Shown in pieces: positions 29,901 through 38,634 of a stretch of DNA of 64,000 nt. The stretch spans positions 1,568,001 to 1,632,000 of the forward strand of contig OZ253580.1 of the NCBI GenBank assembly GCA_965263035.1. Direction: 5' to 3'. Position 1 is the stretch's first letter; the number at the start of each line of letters is the position of its first letter. A program made the translations under genes and the position numbers. This DNA comes from Acidobacteriota bacterium (GTDB lineage: Bacteria; Acidobacteriota; UBA6911; RPQK01; JAJDTT01). A model generated the notes under the pieces. The model did no database searches and was not told the DNA's origin. It saw only the letters and a list, made by a program, of their open reading frames with translations.

Positions 29901-31010
29901 CCATTCCGGAATAGTTCCGGCCCGTTGGTGGAAATTCCGCCAGGACACGAACATCCCACCCAGAGGATCTTTCCCCGCCTCGTCCCGGATTCGGAGTTCG
30001 ATCCTCGGAGAAGAATCCGGTTTGAAGATCGCCAGTCCGGTGCCGATTTCGCTCGATTCCTCCACGAACAGGGCGAAGTGACTTCCGAGCGTCACCGGTT
30101 TGACGCCGACCTCGATACCCGATTGGGCATGCCTGTAGGTCAACAGACCACTGATTGAGGCCGAGCCGATTTCAACCTCAATCCAACCGCGCCGAACTGC
30201 ACCTGCCCCGGCGCTTCTCAGGACTCTGCTCCCCAGAGAAGGAATCTCGATGGTCCCTTCGGAGTCGAACAAATCTCGAACTCGCTTCCCATCCGAATCG
30301 TAGACGTCGACGTCGACGGTGGCGCCCTCGTCAGCGATCCCAATGTTGCTGAGCACCAACTGCACGGACCAACCCGCCCCGTCCACGTAGTCGGGGAAAT
30401 ACAGCGTTGTTTCGGACGAGGTCCGTTCCTGACCGCAAGCCTTGACGGTTTCGGCCGACGGGGCTCCGTCCAGCGAGAACGTCGCCTGCTTGGTATTGCC
30501 GCTCGACGACACGGTAACCGCGGCGTTCAGCTCGGCATGGCGTGTGAGGCGATCCAGAAAGTTGTCGGTTTCCTGCGGTCTTACCGGGCGGCCATCCAGT
30601 TGGTTGACGATTAGAACCTGATCTAAATCCTCACCAGAGGGTGATAGGTGCAGCCATTGCTGCGACTGTGTCAGGTTGGGGTTGCGCCAGTTGAGAGTGA
30701 CCGGCTGGTTGTCACCATCGTCGTAGTCGGTGCCAAGTGAATCGCTGGTCGGCCACACCAGGAACGCCCCATAGAATTCGTCTGGCAAGCAGGATACGAG
30801 CAAGCCAGGTCCCGTAGAACTGACCGTGCCGGCAGAGAAACCCTCTTCCGGAGAGTTGCGTAGCACCCTCCAGTCGCTATTGGAGGTCTGGTATTGGAGT
30901 GATCGTCTGAACTGTTGGATCACCTCCTCCAGCGCCCGATCTGCTTTCCGCTCCGCGTACGCAGCAGGCAACAGCAGCAATGCGACCAACAGACCGCAAG
31001 TCTTCTTCAC
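26937..31010 (-). CDS. Secreted modular protein A (shared N-domain and core domain, cadherin-like, FN3, Cys-rich C-terminus)
   Basis: Signal peptide ...LLLPAAYA; core TLYFPDYVDG...GSLSAVP; cadherin-like ENT..G...LTYTISG...YDYE; FN3 (LRWS...YQVRVR..N). Confidence 0.85.
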   Translation of the reverse strand: MKKTCGLLVALLLLPAAYAERKADRALEEVIQQFRRSLQYQTSNSDWRVLRNSPEEGFSAGTVSSTGPGLLVSCLPDEFYGAFLVWPTSDSLGTDYDDGDNQPVTLNWRNPNLTQSQQWLHLSPSGEDLDQVLIVNQLDGRPVRPQETDNFLDRLTRHAELNAAVTVSSSGNTKQATFSLDGAPSAETVKACGQERTSSETTLYFPDYVDGAGWSVQLVLSNIGIADEGATVDVDVYDSDGKRVRDLFDSEGTIEIPSLGSRVLRSAGAGAVRRGWIEVEIGSASISGLLTYRHAQSGIEVGVKPVTLGSHFALFVEESSEIGTGLAIFKPDSSPRIELRIRDEAGKDPLGGMFVSWRNFHQRAGTIPEWFDVEGVDTEFLRDFRGLLFLRTEDGSPFAPLGLRFGKRTGSLSAVPMIKVSDGGGEGGSGGETATREEFESSTPSGYAAVTLNDNGRIWGVPTRYTNDSDAGTMAYMLLGKLKGCEFANAEADRQSTAYIKTQSLGRLENFESETVCRRTSNEWLPSWPGLRMTHLLFFDESSPSNTREAVYDSATGTIEIRDGVDRNQVEFSEGESATRGIWENTPPGINVGDPVSAVGGDSLTYTISGTDSESFVILPETGQIRTRDSVVYDYEVKNRYTVTVGVEDDGGNSDTIDVTIQIGDLVPSCGPPSSFRVNHSDGRLTLRWSPLSDLIGHARVLGYETEIRRGTSGVWGDGRTFLGRNITGMIYADLTNGIGYQVRVRPINAEGDCGWSTPVSGIPTADYAPKDPEGPLDRFGPQPVGTPERNFRFLTRERCRHTSNGQTLDANCEYEDTGPDTGRIFLEFDDPSQGSCEITLAFSSLTAGSFIDECFDAGVNTNVPFDRSFRMPRSAPRTEEDLDPPPIETDPERAPRNQEEFNALIYGRDDFIPGLCFGNCLLGDPPEQGVARRLMIDANGDVGEYYGDYTYENTGPTQGVLTFKQRAGDTWVFTLDFEPSGNVRVTTTDPNGNAVVWPGSLHADLTLGAQPILLPIPPSWSAAIAIETDAAPEDWEDWYRERFSSSWERTLFGDSYERLFSGDSEGLTYLNTQGYEKLGRNRAVITINFDYTSSSGEDSGLYESLDDFQRGIFGSTWVFDLTFTSDGAAKFTLTITKEGFLPTVIEGFVDFAGDSINVDEFPEELLLPDDPPQASGEDRSGLEVAAAVGTRRIGGDDVQTFLVNNPGLQTAAYSPGDWLEPKDGSNQRMMIVGAGQVSAARRGEPSPAAPVQFHPQILKSQATVSAHSSPNFAEAVALLGRRAGSPVYSNSNSAITRLSVVCMQIDHDIPTRGARYFSVPKTAQNDVQGCQRNCVLEETENIQLCVWKCEAGSEGR

Positions 31011-31121
31011 CAGGACCTCATTTGGCTACGGATCTATTCCGGATCGTCTTCATTCGCGTGCTACCGGGTCGACTTCCAGGGTCGGACCACACGGCTGAGA
31101 GCGTCACCATCCGTCCCGTCA

Positions 31122-33320
31122 CTATTGAAGCGTTATCGAGAGCTTCGAAATCCTCCAACTGGAACTGTCCTCAATCTTGTTCGCCGCAAAACCAAACGTA
31201 TATTTGTTGCCCGACGGTGCGGGTAATGTAGCGTCAGCAGGCAAGCTAACATTGCTAGAAGAACAACTTTGGAAACCACTACCGATAAATAGGCAGCCTT
31301 TCTCCGAACCGAAGAATTCGCCAACGGCGAATCGGCCAAATTTCATGCCTGCATCGGGAGTTCCTTGGGGAAACTCCAGTGCACATTCGCCTCCGGATTG
31401 GATCGTGCTTCCGGTAGCGCATCCCTGGGCCGTATCCTCGCCGCCATCATCAGCCGGAATATCCACCAACCGCCAACTGGAACTTCCGCTCGTTCCGTCG
31501 TTGCAACTGAAGGTTGCCCTGCCCGAGGTTGGTGCGCTGAACGTCAATCGGGCCGTACAGCGATCGCCGTCGTCGTAGTTGAACGTGACCGTGCCGGTAT
31601 TCGAACCGGTGTTCCGGTAGGTATAGCTTCCAGTGTATTCGTCCGACCCCTCGGTTTCCTTGAAACGGCCGGGACTGATGAAGTCGGTGTAGCTGTTTGG
31701 ATCGTCCGTCAGTATGCGCTTGCCGACGACGACTTCGTTGAAAGCATCCTGATCGGCTGGAGCCAGCGATGCTGGCGGCTCGGTGACGGTAACAGTGGTT
31801 GAGGCCGAGGCCGTCTGTCCGCCGGCTCCCCAGACCGTGATGCGGTAGGTCGTCGTTCTGGTGGGGGAGATCCGCCGCGACCCCGATGTCGGAACCGTGC
31901 CGATTCCCGGCGTGATGGACGCGCTGGTCGCGTTGGTGGACGACCACCTCAAGGTCGCGCTCTGGCCCCGCTCAACGGACGTCGGCGATGCCGACAGACT
32001 CACCGTCGGGGGCGCGCCTCCGGTACCGGAGGGAGGCATCCCGCCCGAGACGTCTCCGCCTCGGATCACGGGAACCGCCGAGAGAGAACCCGTCTGCTTC
32101 CCGAATCGTAACCCCAGCGGTGCGAACAAGGAACCATCCTCCGTCCGCAGGAAAAGAAGGCCCCGAAAGTCCCTCAGGAATCCCGTATCGACTCCCTCCA
32201 CGCCGAACCACTCCGCCATGGTTCGAGCCCGTTGCTGAAAGTCCCCGTGGGGGACGAACACTCCGTCCAGAGGGTCGCTCCCTTCTTCGTCGCGAATGCG
32301 GAGTTGGATCTCGGGGGCCGATTCCGGTTTGAAGATCGCCAGACCGGTGCCGATATCGGTCGATTCCTCGACGAACAGAGCAAATTGATTTCCCAGTTCT
32401 ACCGGTTTGACGCCAACCTCGACTCCCGACTGGGTGTGCCGGTACGTCAACAGGCCACTGACTGACGCCGAATCGGTTTCGACCTCGATCCAGCCGCGCC
32501 GAATCTGTCCCACCCCAGCGCTTCGCAGGATCCGACTGCCCTGGGACGGAATTTCGAAGGAGCTATCGGAACCGAAGAACCTGCGGACCGCGTCACCTTC
32601 CGAATCGTAAACGCTGACGACGACGGCCGCGCCTCCGGTGGAGGCGGAGGTGTTGCTGAGCACGAGCTGCACGGACCAACCTCCACCATCCACGAAGTCG
32701 GGGAAGTAGAGCGTGGTTGAGGACGAGGTCTGTGCCTGACCGCAAGCTTTCACGGTCTCTGCCAACGGAGCTCCGTCCAAGGAGAACGTCGCCTGCTTGA
32801 CGAGAGTCGTCGGCGCCAGTTTGACCACCGTGTTCAACTCGTCATGGCGCGTGAGTCGATCCAGAAAGCGGTCGGTTTCCTCCGGCTTGACCGGACGTCC
32901 ACCCGCCTCGTTCACGAGTATGACGCTGTCGAATTCCTCGTCCTCGTAAGACAGGTGTGTCCACTGCGTCTGTTGCGTCAGGTCAGGGTCACGCCAATTG
33001 AGAGTGACTGGCTGGTCGTCACCATCGTCGTAGTAGGTGCCAAGTGAATCGGCACCCTCGTACCAGTAAAGGATGGCCCCGTAGAATTTGTTCGGCTCAC
33101 AAAGGACGGCCAAGACCTGTCCCCGACCGCTACCGACCGCGGCGAGGTAACCCTCTTCCGGGGAGTTCCGCACCACCTCCCAGTCCCCGTCAGAGGTCTG
33201 AAATTGGAGCGAGTCACCGAACTGTTGGATAACAGTATCCAACGTCCGGTCGGCTCCCCGCTCCGCGTACAAGGGCGGTAACAACAATAACGCAACTAAC
33301 AGACTACAAAGTTGCTTCAT
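31122..33320 (-). CDS. Secreted modular protein B (N-domain, core domain, Ig/PKD-like, unique C-terminus)
   Basis: Signal peptide paralogous to A and C; same core domain; PTVSLSASPTSVERGQSATLRWSS Ig-like module. Confidence 0.85.
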   Translation of the reverse strand: MKQLCSLLVALLLLPPLYAERGADRTLDTVIQQFGDSLQFQTSDGDWEVVRNSPEEGYLAAVGSGRGQVLAVLCEPNKFYGAILYWYEGADSLGTYYDDGDDQPVTLNWRDPDLTQQTQWTHLSYEDEEFDSVILVNEAGGRPVKPEETDRFLDRLTRHDELNTVVKLAPTTLVKQATFSLDGAPLAETVKACGQAQTSSSTTLYFPDFVDGGGWSVQLVLSNTSASTGGAAVVVSVYDSEGDAVRRFFGSDSSFEIPSQGSRILRSAGVGQIRRGWIEVETDSASVSGLLTYRHTQSGVEVGVKPVELGNQFALFVEESTDIGTGLAIFKPESAPEIQLRIRDEEGSDPLDGVFVPHGDFQQRARTMAEWFGVEGVDTGFLRDFRGLLFLRTEDGSLFAPLGLRFGKQTGSLSAVPVIRGGDVSGGMPPSGTGGAPPTVSLSASPTSVERGQSATLRWSSTNATSASITPGIGTVPTSGSRRISPTRTTTYRITVWGAGGQTASASTTVTVTEPPASLAPADQDAFNEVVVGKRILTDDPNSYTDFISPGRFKETEGSDEYTGSYTYRNTGSNTGTVTFNYDDGDRCTARLTFSAPTSGRATFSCNDGTSGSSSWRLVDIPADDGGEDTAQGCATGSTIQSGGECALEFPQGTPDAGMKFGRFAVGEFFGSEKGCLFIGSGFQSCSSSNVSLPADATLPAPSGNKYTFGFAANKIEDSSSWRISKLSITLQ

Positions 33321-33720
33321 ATCAATCTCACTTTCTTCACCTTGTCAGCTGATATTTTGCATTCTCAATTACATGCCAAAGTACGCGTCCAACCGTCGCT
33401 ACAGAGAGTTGGCGGGAAGGTCGTCAAGAAAACGTTTGAATTTCCCATCCCTCGACTATTGCGTTCACGTTGATAAATAAGGATATGCGAATGGAATTCT
33501 ATTGCCGCCCTGGAGGAAATCGCGGCAGTGCGATATCCGAAAAAGACAGTTTCGCCCCAAGTCGCTCTTTCAATCTTCAACGAGAAACAACTTTGGCGGA
33601 TTTCGCCTTCGGCGCTCGCATCGTGAAACTGTGATTCTTTGATATGTTCCATCGAATGTCCTCAAGGAACACTTCTCTTTAGGATTCAACCCCGCTTCTC
33701 GATCCCAGTGCCGAATCGTT

Positions 33721-35472
33721 TTACGATCCTGTCCTGCCCTCCCCTATCTCAGACCATTCTCCCGGCGAGCCGCTGCCGCAACGAGACGAGTTCCGGTGGC
33801 GGTATCGAACTTCGTAGACCGTATCCGGACTGAGGCCCGTGACGCTAATCGTAAGCGTACCTGTTCCTCCCGTGGCGGCATCGTTGGTGACAGTTGTGCA
33901 CCCCTCGCTCCACGACCCTTGAGGAGTTTTCGTCCGGAACTGCAAATCATAGGCCTTGGTCTCACCCGCTTCAAAGGAGTCTCGGAAACCGACCTCAAGC
34001 TCTGTGTTGTTTCCGCTGACGGGGCTGACCGTCGGTGCCGGGGGCTTGCCGGTGTCATCGCCGGTTGTGCCCTCGCCGATCTCAGACCATTCTCCCGGCG
34101 ACCCGCTACCACAACGAGACGAGTTCCGGTGGCGGTATCGAACTTCGTATGTTGTTTCCGGACTGAGGCCGGTGATGCTCAAACTAACGGTCGCTGTTCC
34201 TGCCGTCGATTCGTCGTTGGTGACAGTCGTGCACCCTTCATCCCACGACCCGCGAGGAGTCTTTCTCCGGACCTGCAAGTCGTAGGCCTTGGTCTCACCC
34301 GCTTCAAAGGAGTCGCTGAATCTGACCTCAAGCTCCGTGTTCTCGCCGGCTACGGGTCTGACCGTCGGGGCGGCCGGTTTAGGAGCATTGGTCACAGTGA
34401 CCGTGGCCGTAGCCGAGGCCGTCTGTCCGTCGGCGCTTCGCACAGTGATGCGGTAGGTCGTCGTCTGCGTCGGAGACACACTTCGCGAGCCCGATGTCGG
34501 GACCGTGCCGATTCCCGGCGTGATCGACGCGCTTTCCGCGTTGGTTGACGACCATCTCAACGTCGCGCTTTGTCCCTGTTCGATCGAACTTGGCGAAGCC
34601 GACATCGTCACCGTCGGCCCGGGCTGACCTGGCCCACATCCACCGAACGGGTTGGGCGCTGCACATCCGGCATCATCGATGATCTTGATCACGGGAACCG
34701 CTGAGAGCGATCCTTTCTGCTTCCCGAAACGCAGCCCCAGCGGCGCGAACGGAGAGCCGTCCTCGGACCGCAGGAACAGGAGACCTCGAAAGTCCCTCAG
34801 GAATCCCGTATCGGCCCCTCCTTGGTCGAACCATTCCGGAATGGTGATTGCCTTCTGGCTAAAGTTCCCCAACTGTACGACCTGACCGTCCAAGGGGTCT
34901 TCTCCCTCTTCGTCGCGGATACGGAGCTCGATCTCAGGGGATGATTCCGGTTTGAAAATGGCCAGTCCGGTGCCGATGTCGCTCGATTCTTCGACGAACA
35001 GAGCGAAATGATCTCCCAGCTCGACCGATTCGACGCCGACCTCGACCCCCGACACGACATGCCTGTAGGTCAACAATCCACTAACCGATGCCGTAGCGGT
35101 CCGGACCTCGATCCAGCCGCGCCGAATCCGTTGCCCTGTCCCATCGCTTTTCAGGATTTGACTGCCGAGAGATGGAATCTCGAAAGAGGTGGCAGAATCG
35201 AACAGATCCGTGACCGAGTCGCCTTCCTGATCGTAAACATTGACGACAACGGCCGCGCCCGCGGTGGTGCCGATATTGGTGAGCACCAACTGCACGGACC
35301 AACCTCCCCCATCCACGAAGTCGGGGAAGTAGAGCGTTTCTTCTTGTTCCTCGGTTTGGAATTGGATTGATTCACTGTAAAGAACAATCTCCAACGGCTG
35401 GTCTGCTCCGCGCTCCGCATACACGGCGGGGAACAGCAACAACGCAACCAGCAAACTGGCGAGTTTCTTCAT
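33721..35472 (-). CDS. Secreted modular protein C (core domain, Ig/PKD-like, two FN3-like repeats)
   Basis: Signal peptide ...LLFPAVYA; core domain directly after the signal; Ig module shared with B; two 111-aa FN3-like repeats. Confidence 0.87.
   Translation of the reverse strand: MKKLASLLVALLLFPAVYAERGADQPLEIVLYSESIQFQTEEQEETLYFPDFVDGGGWSVQLVLTNIGTTAGAAVVVNVYDQEGDSVTDLFDSATSFEIPSLGSQILKSDGTGQRIRRGWIEVRTATASVSGLLTYRHVVSGVEVGVESVELGDHFALFVEESSDIGTGLAIFKPESSPEIELRIRDEEGEDPLDGQVVQLGNFSQKAITIPEWFDQGGADTGFLRDFRGLLFLRSEDGSPFAPLGLRFGKQKGSLSAVPVIKIIDDAGCAAPNPFGGCGPGQPGPTVTMSASPSSIEQGQSATLRWSSTNAESASITPGIGTVPTSGSRSVSPTQTTTYRITVRSADGQTASATATVTVTNAPKPAAPTVRPVAGENTELEVRFSDSFEAGETKAYDLQVRRKTPRGSWDEGCTTVTNDESTAGTATVSLSITGLSPETTYEVRYRHRNSSRCGSGSPGEWSEIGEGTTGDDTGKPPAPTVSPVSGNNTELEVGFRDSFEAGETKAYDLQFRTKTPQGSWSEGCTTVTNDAATGGTGTLTISVTGLSPDTVYEVRYRHRNSSRCGSGSPGEWSEIGEGRTGS
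33740..34378 (-). repeat. Intragenic tandem duplication, 333-bp period (FN3-like x2)
   Basis: TCTCAGACCATTCTCCCGGCGA occurs at 33747 and 34080; long identical blocks. Confidence 0.9.
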
Positions 35473-35636
35473 GACAACCTCATTTTCTTTGTCTTTTCAG
35501 CAGTTGTGAGCACTGGCTTCACGAGCCGAAGCGGCCCCCGCGGTGGTCGTTGCCCGAGTAGACCGCTTTCGCTTATCCATGAACGACTGATCCGCGCGAG
35601 CCGCACGACGGCGTCCTTTTTTCGCACCTAAACACC

Positions 35637-35664
35637 TATGACGTCTGGGAAACGAGAACCGGAC
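35637..35664 (-). promoter_or_regulatory. Candidate ECF-dependent promoter, copy 1 (upstream of the secreted-protein array)
   Basis: Minus strand GTCCG-gttctcgtttcc-CAGACGTCATA; identical boxes and spacing to copy 2. Confidence 0.6.
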
Positions 35665-35687
35665 AGTCTCGCCGCGAGAAATGTGCT

Positions 35688-38408
35688 CTATTCGTCCCTG
35701 GAAACCTTCGAAAGCGCCTTGGCGAACGCGCGCGCGTTCGGCGGCCGCGCCGACCGGGGGGCCGTCAAGATCGATGATGCGAACCCGATCACGGCCGATC
35801 CGGTGTCTGACCTTGCAGCGGACCCCGCGGCGCTAACGAGATGCTGACGCCGGATACGGTCCACCACCTCGTCGATGCCGGGGGCAGCGAACGGATACCG
35901 GCCGGACACCATCTCGTACAGAACGACGCACAGGGACCAGACGTCGTCGGTTTCATCGGCCAAGCGGCCGGAGAGCACTTCGGGGGACATATAGCGCAAG
36001 GTGCCGCCTGCGGTCACGGCATCGTCCGTCTCACGAGCCAGGCCGAAATCCAGAAGTTTTGGCGACCCCTTCGACGTAAACCCGATATTGCTGGGCTTGA
36101 TGTCACCATGCAGGAATCCCTTGTCGTGCAGCGTTGCCAGCGCGTCTGCCAGCCGGGCGATGGCCAAAACGGCCTCCAGCGGCGGGACCGGACCGTCCCG
36201 CAACCGATCCTCAAGCGTGCCACTGGGAAGGAACTCCACGATGAGGAACGGACGGCCTCGCCAGAATTCGATGCCGTAGATCTGGGCGGCTGCCGGATGC
36301 GTCACCGTCGCCATGGTCCGCGCTTCCGGCCTCAGCCTCATCAGGTGGTCGGCCGACGCCCTCCCCAGGGTCTTGATCGCGACGTCTCGGGCCAACTGAA
36401 GGTCACGCGCCAGATAGACCGCTCCCATGCCCCCGACGCCCAGGCGCCGCGCCAGTCGAAACTTGCCGGCCAAGAGCTTCGGGACCTCAGTCTCTTTGTA
36501 ACCGACTTCGCATTCGCAATCGGGCGGAGCACCGGCAACCACGACGCACCGGCAGACGGGACACTCCTGCGCCGGCGGCGCCTCCAACGGTCGAGCGTCC
36601 GGCGCCTGCAGGAGACGGAGGCGCGCAACCGCCAGTCCGGCGGCCGCCCCGAGCGCCTCAAGAAACGGAAGGTCGACGGTGCGCACGATCCGATCGTCGA
36701 AACGGCGTCCCACCACGAGCACGCCGGAGACCTCCGATCCCAAACCGGGAATCGGCAAGATCACGTCGGCGGATGTCTCGACGACCCACGCCACATCGTC
36801 AGGCGGCAGCAGCGGGAAGACCGATGTCTTGTCCTTCGGGTTGACCCGCAATGGACCGCCGGCCGTCTCCAGCAGGTGGACGATCGCCGAGGCGCGCGGC
36901 AGGGAAGCGATCCGAGCGTCCGGCGCGCGGAAGTCTTGTGCTTCCGTTTGGGTATCGGTGGCAATCAGCAGGACGGCGGGCGACCCGCAACCGCGCTTGG
37001 CCGTCCGGGTCACCGTCCGGCTGACCGTCGTCATTCGCCCGGCCTGCGCCAACACGGTCCCCGCGCCGGCCAGTGCTTGCCTCTGGCCCTTGGTCTCGGG
37101 GAAAATCCAGGCGTCCAGGCGAATCAGGATCCGTTCGCGGCCGATGTTCACCAGCAACATGATCCCGGTTGCCGCGAACAGCAACTGCGCCAGTGGATCC
37201 GTGGCGATCGCACCTACCGTGCGCTCCGGATGACTCGCCACCATCCAGCCCAGGCCCACCGCCGGAACGGCGGCCGTTGCCCCCAACAGGCCACGGCGCA
37301 TCAGCAACCGCCTGTAGCACGCCCGGACCACCTCTCGCGGGTGGGGCAGGCGCACCGCGAGCACCGAATACCAGAGCAGAATCATCCCGGGGAATCGCAT
37401 CAGTACTACCACCAGAATAAGGGGAGACCACTGAAAGTTAGACACCCACATCCCTGGCGAGAACACCTCGGCGACACTGACCGTGACCCATGCTCCTACG
37501 TAAATGGCGAACCCGCCGCTGAAGACGACGACGCGCCTCACCTCGTCGGCTGGCGCAGTGTGCGCACGTAGCGCAATGACCGCGACCGCCGCCAGCGTCA
37601 ACAGATCGGTGATGGCGAACGATCCATCGATGGCCAGAGAAACGGGCGCCTTCGCGTAACCGGCTCGCGCGAACTCCAGCGTCGCCACGAACCCGGCCCA
37701 GAGGGCAATGCCGACGGCCACGCTGACCGGAACCATGCAGCGCGCGAGATCGTCGAGCCGGGTTCGGCGATAGACTCTCGGACATTCTCGAGCGAACGCC
37801 CAGAGGAACGCGGGGGCGAAGTGGAACGCGGGCACGTAAAGATAAGTGAATAGCCTCGTTAGCAAAGGTAGCTCCCGGAGAAACGCGTCGACCATGTGCG
37901 GTGGCGGGAGTTCCCCGAAAAACGCCGGCAGCATGTGAAACGGCCCTAGCGCGGCCCTGACCAGGAAAAAGCCCCCGAGCAGCCAAGTCCGCGATTCCCG
38001 GACGCCGGCGAACAGCAGCAGGGCCGCACTGGCGCCATGCCCGAAGAACAGCATCACCATGTAAACGGCCACCGCGCCATGCTGGCGATGGTAGTCGGTC
38101 CATGCCCACGGGAGCAGTATCAGCGCAACGCACACCTCGACCGCGGCGATGACCATCAGGGCGTGAAATAAACGGCCCATGAACATCCCAGCGCGCGGAT
38201 CGGGGCCGGTCGCCGGCAGCGCTGCCGGTGTCTGTCCAGCATGGCGTCGGTTTCTGAAGACACGGGCGATGACCCGCAGGTTCTCAAGCTTCTCGCGGTC
38301 GGCAGGCGTGGCGAGTTCCGCGCATCGATCCCACTGGACGTCTTGGTCCAGCGTGAGCGCGTCCGCCACATCGGCTATGAGATCGTTACGATCGTCGTCA
38401 CTCATCAC
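35688..38408 (-). CDS. Polytopic membrane Ser/Thr protein kinase (Hanks type, C-terminal kinase domain)
   Basis: LGVGGMGAVY, VAIK, HGDIKPSN, LDFGLA, GTLRYMSPE, DVWSL. Many TM segments, a GAF-like region and a CPVC...CEC motif precede the kinase. Confidence 0.9.
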   Translation of the reverse strand: MMSDDDRNDLIADVADALTLDQDVQWDRCAELATPADREKLENLRVIARVFRNRRHAGQTPAALPATGPDPRAGMFMGRLFHALMVIAAVEVCVALILLPWAWTDYHRQHGAVAVYMVMLFFGHGASAALLLFAGVRESRTWLLGGFFLVRAALGPFHMLPAFFGELPPPHMVDAFLRELPLLTRLFTYLYVPAFHFAPAFLWAFARECPRVYRRTRLDDLARCMVPVSVAVGIALWAGFVATLEFARAGYAKAPVSLAIDGSFAITDLLTLAAVAVIALRAHTAPADEVRRVVVFSGGFAIYVGAWVTVSVAEVFSPGMWVSNFQWSPLILVVVLMRFPGMILLWYSVLAVRLPHPREVVRACYRRLLMRRGLLGATAAVPAVGLGWMVASHPERTVGAIATDPLAQLLFAATGIMLLVNIGRERILIRLDAWIFPETKGQRQALAGAGTVLAQAGRMTTVSRTVTRTAKRGCGSPAVLLIATDTQTEAQDFRAPDARIASLPRASAIVHLLETAGGPLRVNPKDKTSVFPLLPPDDVAWVVETSADVILPIPGLGSEVSGVLVVGRRFDDRIVRTVDLPFLEALGAAAGLAVARLRLLQAPDARPLEAPPAQECPVCRCVVVAGAPPDCECEVGYKETEVPKLLAGKFRLARRLGVGGMGAVYLARDLQLARDVAIKTLGRASADHLMRLRPEARTMATVTHPAAAQIYGIEFWRGRPFLIVEFLPSGTLEDRLRDGPVPPLEAVLAIARLADALATLHDKGFLHGDIKPSNIGFTSKGSPKLLDFGLARETDDAVTAGGTLRYMSPEVLSGRLADETDDVWSLCVVLYEMVSGRYPFAAPGIDEVVDRIRRQHLVSAAGSAARSDTGSAVIGFASSILTAPRSARPPNARAFAKALSKVSRDE

Positions 38409-38510
38409 TCGTCCGGGTTCGCCTCAATGAGCTGTTCGACACTGGAACTGGCGCGAGATCCGCTGCAATCGGACTCGCCCGGCGTTGACAGCTTATGCTG
38501 CTCTCTCTCT

Positions 38511-38538
38511 TATGACGTCTGATTGGCAAATTTCGGAC
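38511..38538 (-). promoter_or_regulatory. Candidate ECF-dependent promoter, copy 2 (upstream of the kinase)
   Basis: Minus strand GTCCG-aaatttgccaat-CAGACGTCATA, about 100 bp before the kinase start. Confidence 0.6.
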
Positions 38539-38634
38539 GGGTGCAGCACGATCGGCCAGATTCTGGGGATCTCAGCGTGCGTACCGCCGGCGCAGACTCC
38601 GCTGGGCGCGTCCCCGGCGAGAAATCCCGGCTAG

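Noticed and set aside
31060-31087. GTCCG box upstream of protein A
   Set aside because: The -10 position reads CGGTAG rather than CGTCAT; too weak.
33365-33652. 95-aa ORF between proteins B and C
   Set aside because: AT-rich, atypical codon use and no motif; more likely a regulatory intergenic region.
38589-38634. GCGCAGACTC match to the 16283 MITE end, and GAGAAATCCCGGCTAG as another IS end
   Set aside because: The matches are short and have no partner inverted repeat in the window.
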